Counted from the stretch's first letter, positions 18,931-29,098 are shown. The stretch: 64,000 nt of DNA from a virus (IMGVR_UViG_2671180890_000004); one strand, 5' to 3'. The notes: generated by a model from the sequence alone, not told the origin. A program made the numbers and translations.

Positions 18931-19389
18931 TCAGCGACGGGCCGCTGATTCAAGATGGCGGACAATGGTATCGAGGATGGGGATTACCACTTCAGGCTGT
19001 AGTTCTCCATCCCCCGTCACCGGCAGGAACGGGCGGGCCGGAAGTTCAACAGACTCATTACGCCCCGTTTTACCCCCGAACTGGTGAATGGCACCGTAAA
19101 CAACGTTGGTCCCCACAACAGCCTGCCGGTCGTCATGGTCGGTTGATACTGACCCCATCAGACGCCCGGTATCCTGCAGTGTCTGCCCGTCACGTTCTTC
19201 CGCTGCCAGCGAGGGCATCCACCCCGGACGCCCCTCATCAAGAAAGTTAAACTGTGTTTCCGCCAGCAGGGTTCCGGCGATTTTGCGCATCGCGGGCTCC
19301 AGGTCTGTGGCAGCAAGATCCAGCGCACGGAGGCTCCGGCGCAGGGACTTATCGTTAATGGTGATACTGACCAGGTTATCGGAAGCCAT
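18931..19389 (-). CDS. Virion morphogenesis protein (Mu G-like)
   Basis: 152 aa after Mu F-like gene. Confidence 0.65.
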   Translation of the reverse strand: MASDNLVSITINDKSLRRSLRALDLAATDLEPAMRKIAGTLLAETQFNFLDEGRPGWMPSLAAEERDGQTLQDTGRLMGSVSTDHDDRQAVVGTNVVYGAIHQFGGKTGRNESVELPARPFLPVTGDGELQPEVVIPILDTIVRHLESAARR

Positions 19390-19391
19390 TG

Positions 19392-20213
19392 TTATCCTCT
19401 CAGTTCCTGTTGTGCCAGTGGCTGAAGCGTACCCTGATAGCGGGCCAGGTCGGGACGGTATGCTGCCCCCGGTGCATAAGACCAGCCGACGTCGGTGGTC
19501 ACCTTCGTGGTGCCGGTATTAAAGGTGGCCACGTTCCGCATTTCGCCGGTTTTCTCTGAGACCAGTTTCAGTTCCTGGCCCATGGCAGAGCCGGAGCTGA
19601 TAACCTTCAGGCCACGGGCACGGACATCCGCCGCACTCAGGGCAATCACACTACAGCGGCAGCGCCAGCCGTTCGGCGGGTAAAATGCCTGCCAGAACGG
19701 GTCATCCCAGCGCAGCACCAGACCATGCAGCGCCAGATGGCTCCTGCGGGTATGGCTGTCGTTGATGCCGGTATACATCCAGTACGGCCTGTCGTCGACG
19801 TTTTCCATCTGCTCCGCCCAACGACCGGCGCTGTAGAGTACGGACATATTGGTGCGAAAGATGGTGTCGAGCCGCCACGGGCTGCCCTGCTGAATGGTGA
19901 CCGGCTCACCCGTTACCGGGTCAGTCGTGTCACGTGGTCCCCACCATCCCTTACGCTTCAGCACCGGCTCCAGCTCCTGCCGGAACCAGCGATCGGTTTT
20001 TCCTTCATCGACAGCCTGCTGCAGTGCCCCGCGAATATCTTCCAGAATATCCAGGCGGGTCACTTTAGCGACGGTAAAGGCGCGGGCATGGGCTTCCTGC
20101 CACATTTCTTCCCAGTCCCAGGTAATCTGATACCCTTTGGACTTCAGGTAACTGACTGCCCGCTTCGGGGGAAGCGTCATGCAGTACGCCAGTTCAGCCG
20201 TTGTCACGCTCAT
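19392..20213 (-). CDS. Minor head protein (Mu F-like)
   Basis: About 270 aa after portal gene; start uncertain (alternative at 20180). Confidence 0.7.
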   Translation of the reverse strand: MSVTTAELAYCMTLPPKRAVSYLKSKGYQITWDWEEMWQEAHARAFTVAKVTRLDILEDIRGALQQAVDEGKTDRWFRQELEPVLKRKGWWGPRDTTDPVTGEPVTIQQGSPWRLDTIFRTNMSVLYSAGRWAEQMENVDDRPYWMYTGINDSHTRRSHLALHGLVLRWDDPFWQAFYPPNGWRCRCSVIALSAADVRARGLKVISSGSAMGQELKLVSEKTGEMRNVATFNTGTTKVTTDVGWSYAPGAAYRPDLARYQGTLQPLAQQELRG

Positions 20214-21690
20214 GCAGACGCCCCCAGATATTTGCCACAAAGAGAATGCGGGCCAGCCGTTCCTGCAGATCGTCCGTGTTCATCTGAGGGTAGAGCTCCG
20301 CCAGTTCGCCCAGCAGCTCAGACGGGTTAACCCCGTTTTCGACCCGCTTAAACAGAGGTGCCAGGACGGGTTCCAGCGTGCCATTTAACACACCTCCGTT
20401 CATCAGAATGTCCAGCGCGTCGTCAAGCTGCTGCTGAGCCTGAATATCGGCATCAATCGCCTCGGCAAATGACAGCGGCAGCATGTTATTCTGGCGTTCC
20501 GACGGTGGTGTCTCGTCAATATCGCCGTCCTGCAGCTGGTACTCACGCTTAAAGTATTGCGGGGTCAGACGCAGACCCGCCCGGGTGAGTTTTTCGTCGC
20601 GGGTGGCGCGGGTGTCATCAATGGTCTCCTGTTCCCACATGGCCCAGACCGGACACGGCACATCGCCGAAGTTCAGGGTGACCACCGTTCTGATAACCTG
20701 ATTCACTGCTGCCTGAATGATGTCCGCATCCGCATCGCGGATATCAGCCGTTACCTCCAGCCCGGCCTGTGCAGAGGCCTTGTTACTGTTCGCTTCCGTG
20801 GTCTGATTCTGACCAAGTAATGCAATGGAGATCTCACTGCGTGACAGTGTGATCAGCTCGCGGAATACCTCGCTGCTGTCCGCCTTACCATCCGCGGCTT
20901 TGAGTTCGATGCTGCTGTCATCGGGGATGGCGGCCACCGCGTCCTCCACCATCTGCTCCATGGAGTCCAGCAGTTTTTCAATCTCTGCATCATTTGCACC
21001 CCTCGGGTGCTTACCGATCACCCACGGGGAGCCAAACTTTTCGGCAAAGCGGAGCCAGAATTTCATCCCGCCTTTCTTGAAGGCGACCGGCCAGAAGCAC
21101 ATGGACAGGTCCGGGAAACCGTAAGGATTGTCATACGAGGCATCCTGTGCCGGCACCACGAATTTTGACGGTGACAGCAGCTCACCCTCCACACCCGCAT
21201 CACGCGCCCGGAAGCGCAGGCAGTTGTCCGTATCAAACTGAAACCACTCAGGCGGTTTGCCGACAATATCCGTCACTGCCCACGCCCTGACCGAACGGCC
21301 CCACATGATTTCACAGGGCTGATACCCGTAGAGCACGGCATCACTCATCTCACCGATGATGCGGGACAGATCCAGATCGTCGAGCATGTCGCGGATGAAA
21401 CGGAAGACCCGGGCAGAAGCGTGACCGCGCTCCAGTCCACGCTCCAGTGATTTGAGCGCTGCTTTACGTCTGCGGATACAGCCCCCGACCAGCGGGTCGG
21501 TGCGCAGTTCGCGGTAGATACGGATATCCCGTCCCTGAGCCTTGAGAATGGGATCAGGATTGGGCAGATACATGCCCAGTCCGTAAAAGTCGATCGCGCG
21601 GCTGCGGGAGGCAATCTGCGCGGTCAGTGATTTCTGAGGCTCAGAAAAAGCAACAAATTCATCGGGTGAAACCCAGATACCCCTCGCCAT
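20194..21690 (-). CDS. Portal protein (Mu gp29/DUF935-like)
   Basis: 498 aa directly downstream of large terminase. Confidence 0.85.
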   Translation of the reverse strand: MARGIWVSPDEFVAFSEPQKSLTAQIASRSRAIDFYGLGMYLPNPDPILKAQGRDIRIYRELRTDPLVGGCIRRRKAALKSLERGLERGHASARVFRFIRDMLDDLDLSRIIGEMSDAVLYGYQPCEIMWGRSVRAWAVTDIVGKPPEWFQFDTDNCLRFRARDAGVEGELLSPSKFVVPAQDASYDNPYGFPDLSMCFWPVAFKKGGMKFWLRFAEKFGSPWVIGKHPRGANDAEIEKLLDSMEQMVEDAVAAIPDDSSIELKAADGKADSSEVFRELITLSRSEISIALLGQNQTTEANSNKASAQAGLEVTADIRDADADIIQAAVNQVIRTVVTLNFGDVPCPVWAMWEQETIDDTRATRDEKLTRAGLRLTPQYFKREYQLQDGDIDETPPSERQNNMLPLSFAEAIDADIQAQQQLDDALDILMNGGVLNGTLEPVLAPLFKRVENGVNPSELLGELAELYPQMNTDDLQERLARILFVANIWGRLHERDNG

Positions 21691-23213
21691 CAGAATCCCT
21701 CCAGCATACGGGCCGCCTGACGACGACGGCGTGAGCTTGCCTTCACCGGCCCTTTGTTAATTTCACGGCTGGCGAAATACGCCAGCGCCAGTGCGATGGC
21801 TGAATCCCCGTGACGTTTACCACCATCAGCCTTTGCTTTTGAGCGTTGCTCCGGCACGCGGGGGACACCGTTCACCACCTGAACGGCCCGCAGGTCATCC
21901 AGTGTGTCTTCATCCTTTGGTAAGTCCACCAGGTTACCGTCTTCCAGTGCAGCTTTGACCGGAGGCATATGCTCCCGGTACCAGCCTTCGGTTGGCATCA
22001 CCTGCTGAACCCGGCCGGAGCCGTAGCGCTGCATGGCGTATTCAGCCAGATAGGCACCATTACCACGGGCATCAAACGCTGCACCCAGCAGACCGGGCAG
22101 GCCATCCATCAGATACCAGGTGATTTGCTCCTGCTGCCTGAACGGCACGTTACGCAACTCCAGTACGAATGGCACGCGTCGTATCAGGTTCTTCTCCTGC
22201 AACAACGGGTAGTCCACCGACAAATCCCCGCTACGGCCAAAGTCACGCCCCAGAAAAGAGCGGGCACCAGCGGGGAGCGCCTCCAGTAATGGTTTCAGAT
22301 GCTCATCAAGCCAGTCCTGCGTCTCGCGGAAGCGAACCTCATCAGACAGCAGTTCATAACCTTCCTTGCAGGTCAGACGCAATACCGGCGTATCAGCGGA
22401 CATGCGGGACTCTATCAGGGCTCGGGACAGCCAGGCACCGCCACCGTTGGCCGGAATACAGTCAAGCTCTTCGGATGCACCGGCACCGTAGAATTTGTAC
22501 ACCGACGCCATCCAGGCCTGCTCGGATGCCTCCGACCATTCCTTCCCGGTGCGCAGACAAACGCGCCGGAACAGCCCCTCAGATACGGCTTCCCGGAAAG
22601 TGATGCGATGTACGCTGCCTCCCTGACGTCCGGCACGGATATCCCCGATAAGCGTATTGAACGGATTGTCGTCACCGTCATGGGTGGAGATAACGCGTAC
22701 CTTTCCCCCCCAGATAAGCATCGCCAGCGCCGCTTTCAGCAGTTCGTCCAGTTGCTCATGGAACGCCGCTTCGTCGATAACAATAATACCCTGACGGCCA
22801 CGCAGGTTAGACGGGCGGCTGGAGAGCGCAACAATACGAAAGCCGGAGTCAGGAAATTTGATGGTGTAAGTCCTGATGTGTTTGTCGTCGTCGTCCTCTT
22901 CCCAGAATCCTTCTTCAATTTCACTGGCCGCATAGTTGAATGCCCGTGCCCACATCGCACACGCCTGAATGTATTCGACGGTCATGTCCTGGTTATAAGC
23001 GATGTAATACACATTCATCCCGCCTGCTGGCGCAGAAGAGGCGGCGGTCAGTACGTTATCGGATGCCTCAGCCCATGTAATACCGGTACGACGGCTCTTT
23101 TCTATCACCTTAAGCGGAGAGGCATCTGCCACCCAGCGCTGCTGGTAGGGCAACAGAACGGGAGGGGCCTTATAACTCGCGGTGTCAGGAATGTGCGGCG
23201 GCAGCTCCGTCAT
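21690..23213 (-). CDS. Terminase large subunit
   Basis: 507 aa; follows small terminase-like gene and precedes portal. Confidence 0.85.
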   Translation of the reverse strand: MTELPPHIPDTASYKAPPVLLPYQQRWVADASPLKVIEKSRRTGITWAEASDNVLTAASSAPAGGMNVYYIAYNQDMTVEYIQACAMWARAFNYAASEIEEGFWEEDDDDKHIRTYTIKFPDSGFRIVALSSRPSNLRGRQGIIVIDEAAFHEQLDELLKAALAMLIWGGKVRVISTHDGDDNPFNTLIGDIRAGRQGGSVHRITFREAVSEGLFRRVCLRTGKEWSEASEQAWMASVYKFYGAGASEELDCIPANGGGAWLSRALIESRMSADTPVLRLTCKEGYELLSDEVRFRETQDWLDEHLKPLLEALPAGARSFLGRDFGRSGDLSVDYPLLQEKNLIRRVPFVLELRNVPFRQQEQITWYLMDGLPGLLGAAFDARGNGAYLAEYAMQRYGSGRVQQVMPTEGWYREHMPPVKAALEDGNLVDLPKDEDTLDDLRAVQVVNGVPRVPEQRSKAKADGGKRHGDSAIALALAYFASREINKGPVKASSRRRRQAARMLEGF

Positions 23214-23758
23214 GATACCACCCCCAGAATTTCCCGGCGCAGTGCCTGTACGGCTTCCGCAGAGAGCCCGCCCTTACGGGCAATTTTCTCGGCGGCAGCG
23301 GCAGCACGTTCAACCCTCTCTCTGACTTCTGCCTGATAGCGCTTGAGGTTGACCGAGGCGCGGGTCAGTGTGGCGATATTTTTTGAAGCCGTTGCCAGCA
23401 GTTTTGCCCGGGCGAAGGGATCGTCGTTTTCCCGCGACTCCTGCAGGCGCATCAGGATATCCGTCATTTCGGTCTGGACGAGGGTTATCAGCCCGGCTGA
23501 ACGGTCATCAGGATCGTCTCCGGCCTCCCGGGCAAGCAGACGCGCTGCCTCGGTTGCCGCCCGCACCCGGGCCAGTTGCTGCTCCATTTTGTAGCCAAAC
23601 CGCTGCAGGGAAGAGCGGGTGATGCTGTACCCCTTTTCCTTCAACAGACTTTCAAGCTCTGCATAGCCGGTGAAATTATTCTCCGTCAGTGCCCGCTCAA
23701 GCCAGCGACGGACCTCCTTCGGCAGAGAATCAATGCTGCTGCGACGTCCCATAATCAC
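23210..23758 (-). CDS. Terminase small subunit-like DNA-binding protein (Mu gp27-like)
   Basis: 182 aa, N-terminal HTH-like region, overlaps large terminase start. Confidence 0.6.
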   Translation of the reverse strand: MIMGRRSSIDSLPKEVRRWLERALTENNFTGYAELESLLKEKGYSITRSSLQRFGYKMEQQLARVRAATEAARLLAREAGDDPDDRSAGLITLVQTEMTDILMRLQESRENDDPFARAKLLATASKNIATLTRASVNLKRYQAEVRERVERAAAAAEKIARKGGLSAEAVQALRREILGVVS

Positions 23759-24066
23759 TCACTCCAGTATTTTTCCGGGCGGGCAATACCGGGGCCGCAT
23801 TCCACGGTGTATTCCACAATATCCACACCAAGGCGACTCAGATCGGCAAACCAGTCACCGGAAGGCCTCTTCTCCAGTTCCACCATCTTGCGATCTGCCA
23901 GGTAATCAAGCTCACGGCGCAGCTCCAGTTGCGTGGTGTCCGGGTAGATGGCGCGGGACACTTCCAGCAGCAGCGTCTCGCTGGCGGTATAAGGGCGGGT
24001 TTTGTTCAGGGCAACCAGCAGACTCCAGCGCAGGGATTCGCGGCGTACCCGGGTAATATCGACCAT
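23755..24066 (-). CDS. Hypothetical protein (Mu gp26-like position)
   Basis: 103 aa between lysis cassette and terminase genes. Confidence 0.45.
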   Translation of the reverse strand: MVDITRVRRESLRWSLLVALNKTRPYTASETLLLEVSRAIYPDTTQLELRRELDYLADRKMVELEKRPSGDWFADLSRLGVDIVEYTVECGPGIARPEKYWSE

Positions 24067-24392
24067 TATTGACCTCCGGTATTGCGGTACTGCTGTACCA
24101 CTTCCAGTTTGTTGTAGAGCGCGTCCAGTTTGGCCTCGATGACTGTCTGGCCACGGATATAATCCTCGCGACGGACATAATTCAGCGGTAAATCCGCTTT
24201 AAATCGCATAAATTCTTTTTCCAGTTCGCCCCAGTTGGAGGCGGACTGTTGCAGGGCCTGCTCAAGGGAGGCGAATCGTGCCGCCTGGCGTTCTTCTGTT
24301 TTACTGAACAACCATTTGGCGAGCCCTCCCACAAACCCCATGAAGGTGAGCAAAAAACTCACCACCGTCCAGAATTCAACCTGCAGTGTCAT
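24066..24392 (-). CDS. Small membrane protein with N-terminal TM helix
   Basis: 108 aa, hydrophobic N-terminus VVSFLLTFMGFVGGLA, coiled-coil remainder. Confidence 0.5.
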   Translation of the reverse strand: MTLQVEFWTVVSFLLTFMGFVGGLAKWLFSKTEERQAARFASLEQALQQSASNWGELEKEFMRFKADLPLNYVRREDYIRGQTVIEAKLDALYNKLEVVQQYRNTGGQ

Positions 24393-25000
24393 TTCTGTAA
24401 TCCTTCCCGTTCATCCAGTAGCGCGTTTATCTGGTTTCGCCAGCGACGACATTGCCCTGCGTTGTCGATGATGTTGGCAAGGACGTCAAGCTGGGAGACA
24501 CCCGAATTGCGTAACCGGGCGTCAGCGGTTTCAGGTTGCCCGGTCGCTGCGCCAGTGCCGGTGCCAGCGGCGGCAACTGAGTCTGAATGACCGGTGTCGA
24601 CGGATGCGTTGTCGTATCCGAGTGCGGCGTTGTACTGGCGCACGAAACCGCGAGTAAACACGCACTCAATGGGATGGCTCTTACCTTTTTCATCAATCCA
24701 GCGCTGTGTGACATCGTTAATTTGCCCCTGTAGTTGTTTGTTCTGGTCCTCCAGTTGAGCAATCTGCTCAAGATAACCAGCTTCAGCCCGTTGCCCGGCG
24801 GCTACCTGCTCCTGATAACGCTCAGACCATGCGCGCAACGCCGCCACCTCACGCCGGGCCTGTTCTGCCCGGTATCCGTCAAAATCCGCCTGCAGGCGGC
24901 TGAGCGCCGCCTGACCGTCAGCGGAGGCCCGGTCGTGGCCTGTGCTGTATCCCAGCCACCAGATCGCCAGCAGGAAGGTGTTCAGGAGAATGGCCAGCAT
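24389..25000 (-). CDS. i-spanin (Rz-like)
   Basis: Start moved to Met with N-terminal TM MLAILLNTFLLAIWWLGY and coiled-coil periplasmic part; downstream of endolysin. Confidence 0.65.
   Translation of the reverse strand: MLAILLNTFLLAIWWLGYSTGHDRASADGQAALSRLQADFDGYRAEQARREVAALRAWSERYQEQVAAGQRAEAGYLEQIAQLEDQNKQLQGQINDVTQRWIDEKGKSHPIECVFTRGFVRQYNAALGYDNASVDTGHSDSVAAAGTGTGAATGQPETADARLRNSGVSQLDVLANIIDNAGQCRRWRNQINALLDEREGLQK
24427..24693 (-). CDS. o-spanin (Rz1-like lipoprotein) embedded in alternative frame of i-spanin gene
   Basis: MKKVRAIPLSACLLAVSC lipobox signal, Pro-rich mature part, fully nested in the Rz-like gene. Confidence 0.6.
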   Translation of the reverse strand: MKKVRAIPLSACLLAVSCASTTPHSDTTTHPSTPVIQTQLPPLAPALAQRPGNLKPLTPGYAIRVSPSLTSLPTSSTTQGNVVAGETR

Positions 25001-25028
25001 AATGACCCGCCACGGCAGCGACCGTAAC

Positions 25029-25646
25029 TTACGTACCCACACAGCTTGCCCCTCCCCATGAGAGATAACGCGGGGCCAGCGTGAACAGGATGCGCTGGGG
25101 ATAATGACGGTTCTCCCGCCAGCTGGCAGTGCTGCGTCCGGCATTCACCGTGGCGACATGACCAAACCAGCGGGTGCTGTCCAGCCCTTTTTGTGATGCA
25201 AGCCGCCTGTCCCGCTGTACCCAGCCCAGACCACCGTTATAGCCCGACAGTGTCATGGCCATACGCTCGCAGTCACTGGCGGCGCTGACGCGCTGCCACA
25301 GCCAGCGGTCATAGCTGACCAGCGCCCGGATGGCCCATGCCGGATTAAATGGCTCACGGCTGTTAAGCCCCGGCATCAACTGACTTATCCAGTCGGCGGT
25401 GGCGGGCATGAACTGCGCCAGTCCCTGAGCGCCAACCGGCGAGATCGCATCAGGTCGCCAGCCGCTTTCCTGATGCAGTTGCGCAGCGAAATCAGCCACC
25501 GGCGCAGACAGTCCCCATTCAAGCCGGGCATTACGGATCACATCATCGCGATACTGCAGCGCTGCCTGCGGAGGCTGCGCTGCGCGGGCCTGACTGAAGA
25601 AGCCGCCACACCAGAGCAACATTGCGACAAAGAATACCCGTGCCAT
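25029..25646 (-). CDS. Endolysin, lytic transglycosylase (SLT domain) with signal peptide
   Basis: N-terminal MARVFFVAMLLWCGGFFSQARA signal then SLT-like EESGWRP...GAQGLAQFMP motif; start chosen at signal-peptide Met. Confidence 0.75.
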   Translation of the reverse strand: MARVFFVAMLLWCGGFFSQARAAQPPQAALQYRDDVIRNARLEWGLSAPVADFAAQLHQESGWRPDAISPVGAQGLAQFMPATADWISQLMPGLNSREPFNPAWAIRALVSYDRWLWQRVSAASDCERMAMTLSGYNGGLGWVQRDRRLASQKGLDSTRWFGHVATVNAGRSTASWRENRHYPQRILFTLAPRYLSWGGASCVGT

Positions 25647-25768
25647 ATGAACCAGAAAGGTCCCGGCGCGGACTGACAGGCGTTCGGTTCTGATGAAGAC
25701 CCTAAAGGCTTCGAAAGCCAGTTTCAGGGACATGCATACAATCCAGGTGATCTGCGGCCAGTTCATGA

Positions 25769-26119
25769 TTAAAGCCCCATCGCAACAGCCAGACAGACCG
25801 CTGCAACAATCAGTGCACGGCGGATTAACGCAGCAGAAAACACCAGGTGAAGGCCGGTCTGTACCGGGAAACGCCCATCAGCCATCAGCCTGTCGTCATG
25901 TTTCAGGTACTGACCGGGACGGGCTTTGGGGAAGAGCGAACGGTCAAGCCAGTAACCCAGCACTGCTGCCAGCGTGATGAGTGCCAGCTTGTAGATCACA
26001 ACAGGCAACTGCTGTGGCGAGACCAGAGCGATGGTGCCCAGCAACAGCACTGAGGTCAGCAGCCAGCCGCTGAGGCGAGGTTTTTTAACAGGGGGAATGA
26101 ATTTTTTCAGGTTTTTCAT
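25769..26119 (-). CDS. Putative holin (three predicted TM helices)
   Basis: Directly upstream of endolysin gene; start at MKNLKKFIPP uncertain. Confidence 0.5.
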   Translation of the reverse strand: MKNLKKFIPPVKKPRLSGWLLTSVLLLGTIALVSPQQLPVVIYKLALITLAAVLGYWLDRSLFPKARPGQYLKHDDRLMADGRFPVQTGLHLVFSAALIRRALIVAAVCLAVAMGL

Positions 26120-26249
26120 GTGTGTCTCCTTGTCTGGTGGAGACAGCATCACAAATACAGGGCGCGAAGGATTTTAAAGCGCGTTAAGAGAGCCGGGGAT
26201 ACGGGATGTGCAGGATAAACGATGAATTATTCACAGAGGAGAATACGAT

Positions 26250-26993
26250 ATGACGCAGACACTGAATCCGGTCATCACTGTCACCGTGTCCGGTCCTGTG
26301 GGCAGCGGTAAAAGTTACATATTGGCGCGGATAGAGGAAGTGGTGAAACAGGAATTCGGGGGCAGCGTCATTGTCGATGCTGCAGACGTAGATGATGAGC
26401 GGCGTATGAGTGGCGATGATCTGACGACCTGGCAGAAGCCACGGGGTGGCACAGTGATCAGGCTGGAGGAATACACGGGACAGGGCCTGTTGTCATACGG
26501 CGAGGAGCGTATCTGTCGGACGAATGAGCTGCTGGATGTTATATGCCCCACGGGCCGGCAACCCTGGATACTGCCCGATGCACTGCATGCCACCATTGCG
26601 GCACTGATGACAGTTTACGATCAGGAGCTGCTCATGAAGGAGCTACGTAAACTCACCGGTCAGCCAACAGAATGTTTTTCTGCCCCGAAGTACGGGAAAC
26701 AGGAACACATCCCGGTGAACACGCTCCCCGTTAACCAGCCTCCCCGGTTCTTCGACGAATACATTCTGACACCGGAAAATAAAGCTGAGCACGAAGAGAT
26801 CAAAGCGGCGTTGTTCCGGGAAATCAGGAAGATTGCTGAAATGCAACTGGGGGGCGGGCTGGACAGAGTGATGGCGAGAGGAGAATGGGAGTCGCTGTTT
26901 GAAAGAGTTTCCCCGGAATTACTTCCCCTCGCACTGGCTATCGGGATTATGCAGACAGCGGATAAACCTCACTTACGTTCATTAAACACGTAA
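26250..26993 (+). CDS. Hypothetical protein with N-terminal Walker A (P-loop) motif
   Basis: 247 aa; VTVSGPVGSGKSYIL followed by VIVDAADVDDE; no wider family recognised. Confidence 0.5.
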   Translation: MTQTLNPVITVTVSGPVGSGKSYILARIEEVVKQEFGGSVIVDAADVDDERRMSGDDLTTWQKPRGGTVIRLEEYTGQGLLSYGEERICRTNELLDVICPTGRQPWILPDALHATIAALMTVYDQELLMKELRKLTGQPTECFSAPKYGKQEHIPVNTLPVNQPPRFFDEYILTPENKAEHEEIKAALFREIRKIAEMQLGGGLDRVMARGEWESLFERVSPELLPLALAIGIMQTADKPHLRSLNT

Positions 26994-27373
26994 CGCATAA
27001 TCCGGGATACGCATTCAGCGATGACTGCATTTTCACCGGTTTTTACTGCATCCAGAAGTGACTCTTTAAATGGTGCGGGCCGGGGCTGCAGAAGGGTCGG
27101 CGTGGCATTGAGCAGACGGAGCGTTTTTTCCGTGAGGACGACATCAGCCGCTCCCACAGCCAGCAACTGAGAGTAACGAATATAGCTGTTATCCCGAAGC
27201 CATATCAGCGTATCAATAAAATACCGGCACTTTTTCTGGTCGTGATCAACCTGGTCCGGGATATCGAAAAAACCAGAATAAATCAAAACCTGAGGTGCCG
27301 GATGCGTGTTCAGTAATCGGCAGAATATTTTGCCGGTGAGTGCATAAAAATCATCATTTAAGGAGTGCATCAT
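26969..27373 (-). CDS. Hypothetical 134-aa protein, convergent with P-loop gene
   Basis: ORF only; overlaps P-loop gene 3' end by 25 nt and shares a CATG with the divergent start of the next plus-strand ORF. Confidence 0.3.
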   Translation of the reverse strand: MMHSLNDDFYALTGKIFCRLLNTHPAPQVLIYSGFFDIPDQVDHDQKKCRYFIDTLIWLRDNSYIRYSQLLAVGAADVVLTEKTLRLLNATPTLLQPRPAPFKESLLDAVKTGENAVIAECVSRIMRYVFNERK

Positions 27374-27587
27374 GAATCCCCGATTAACGTTAACAGAACA
27401 TCAGCGCCGTGCTGAAGCAGTGAACAATGTTCTGGAAGATATTATCCGGTTACATCGCGGAGAACTGAGTGTCTGTCGTGCCGCTTTTCATTTTCAGGGA
27501 ATACAAAAGCAGTTTGATACTTCTGTTTTTGCAGAAGGTATTACTTATGCCCTGGACCGGATAAGGTCAGAAAATCGCCCCGGATAA
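27372..27587 (+). CDS. Hypothetical 71-aa protein
   Basis: Small ORF upstream of Dam-like gene. Confidence 0.3.
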   Translation: MNPRLTLTEHQRRAEAVNNVLEDIIRLHRGELSVCRAAFHFQGIQKQFDTSVFAEGITYALDRIRSENRPG

Positions 27588-27778
27588 TCCCTAAACCACA
27601 TTAACAGAAATCCCACTATCCCTGCCGCATCATGAAAGAACGACCAGCCCGGTGCTTCGGACCCACCGGGCTGGCCATCGTCCCACAGAAGTGGCTGTGA
27701 GCCGACCGAGGTTCAGTCAGTCTCGCGAGACCAGACTAGCCTGCCATATTTTTAATAATTGTAAAAGGCTTACAGATT

Positions 27779-28543
27779 ATGAAAATGAAGACATTACCCA
27801 TCGTTCCATGGATTGGTGGCAAACGTCGCCTGGCAAAACACATCCTGCCGCTGTTTCCGGCGCATGAATGTTATGTGGAGCCGTTTTGTGGGGCAGCAGC
27901 GCTCTATTTTCTTAAGACACCCGGCAAGATCGAAGTCATCAATGATATCAACGGTGAACTGGTGAATCTGTACCGGGTGGTAAAGCATCACCTGGAAGAA
28001 TTTGTCCGCCAGTTCAAATGGGCGCTGGTCAGCCGTCAGATCTACAAATGGCTGCAGATCACCCCGGAAGAAACACTGACGGATATCCAGCGTGCGGCAC
28101 GGTTCTACTACCTTCAGAAGCAGGCGTTTGGCGGCAAGGTGGCAGAGCACAGCTTCGGTACCTCCACCACATCCCCGCCACGCTTCAACCTGCTGCGTAT
28201 TGAAGAAGAACTGTCAGCAGCACACCTGCGGCTTTCCAGAACAGTCATAGAACACATGGACTGGCAACAGTGCATTGAGCGTTATGATCGTCCGCACACA
28301 CTGTTCTACTGCGACCCACCGTACCTGGGTACGGAAGGCTATGGTGTGGATTTTCCTGAAGGGAACTACTCGCGGCTGGCAGAGCTGGCCCGGTGCATCA
28401 GAGGAAAAATGATAATTTCGGTGAACGATATCCCACAGATGCGCGAGGTGTTCACTGGACTGAACATACAGACAGTGAACATCAACTACAGTCTGGCGGG
28501 GAAATCTACGCCGCGCCGTGAACTGGTAATCTGCAACTTCTGA
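27779..28543 (+). CDS. dam: DNA adenine methyltransferase (Dam family)
   Basis: 254 aa with N-terminal PWIGGKRRL, FCGAAA and DPPY catalytic motif. Confidence 0.85.
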   Translation: MKMKTLPIVPWIGGKRRLAKHILPLFPAHECYVEPFCGAAALYFLKTPGKIEVINDINGELVNLYRVVKHHLEEFVRQFKWALVSRQIYKWLQITPEETLTDIQRAARFYYLQKQAFGGKVAEHSFGTSTTSPPRFNLLRIEEELSAAHLRLSRTVIEHMDWQQCIERYDRPHTLFYCDPPYLGTEGYGVDFPEGNYSRLAELARCIRGKMIISVNDIPQMREVFTGLNIQTVNINYSLAGKSTPRRELVICNF

Positions 28544-28552
28544 AACAAAACC

Positions 28553-28590
28553 GGAAAGCACAATGCTTTCCGGTAAACCAAACAACTTCC
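28553..28590. terminator. Bidirectional hairpin terminator between convergent Dam-like and repressor genes
   Basis: Perfect inverted repeat ACCGGAAAGC-ACAAT-GCTTTCCGGT. Confidence 0.5.
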
Positions 28591-28659
28591 ACTATGTCAC
28601 TGGCGATGTTTTCTGAAAGCATCCAGATCAACCACCTGTCCTTTGTGTCCAGGTCAAAA

Positions 28660-28998
28660 TCAGCCTGCGAGTTTGCTTGGTTTGGGTTGAATGAAGACTT
28701 TGCCGACCTCAAGAATTGCCCTCCGTTGTTCGGGGCTCATTTCGTCGAATGCATCCATTAACTCTTTCTTTTCTTGTGACACATAAGGTGCAACAACAGG
28801 CTGACTCCGCACCCCAGTAACTACATACAAAATATCTACACCGATTTCTGATAGTGCAGATAACTGCACTGCAGTAGGAGAAGTGCGATCTTTTTCCCAA
28901 TCAATGAAAGTTCTCTTTGCCACACCTATAGCATCAGCCAACCCTTGCTGTGTAAGAGATAGACGCTCTCTTTCTTCTTTAATACGTAACCCGATCAT
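28660..28998 (-). CDS. Phage repressor (HTH, XRE-type), Mu c analogue
   Basis: HTH segment LSLTQQGLADAIGVAKRTFIDWEKD; divergent from Ner-like gene across a 100-bp region; start moved to MIGLRIKEER. Confidence 0.65.
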   Translation of the reverse strand: MIGLRIKEERERLSLTQQGLADAIGVAKRTFIDWEKDRTSPTAVQLSALSEIGVDILYVVTGVRSQPVVAPYVSQEKKELMDAFDEMSPEQRRAILEVGKVFIQPKPSKLAG

Positions 28999-29098
28999 GT
29001 GAGTTTTTCTGCACTCTTTAAGTTGACTGGTGAGGTAATCTGCACCATAATCTATCACACATAAGGCAAACATCATTGCATCAACAAAGGAGACAACG

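Noticed and set aside
22299-23336. 345-aa plus-strand ORF
   Set aside because: Antisense to the large terminase gene
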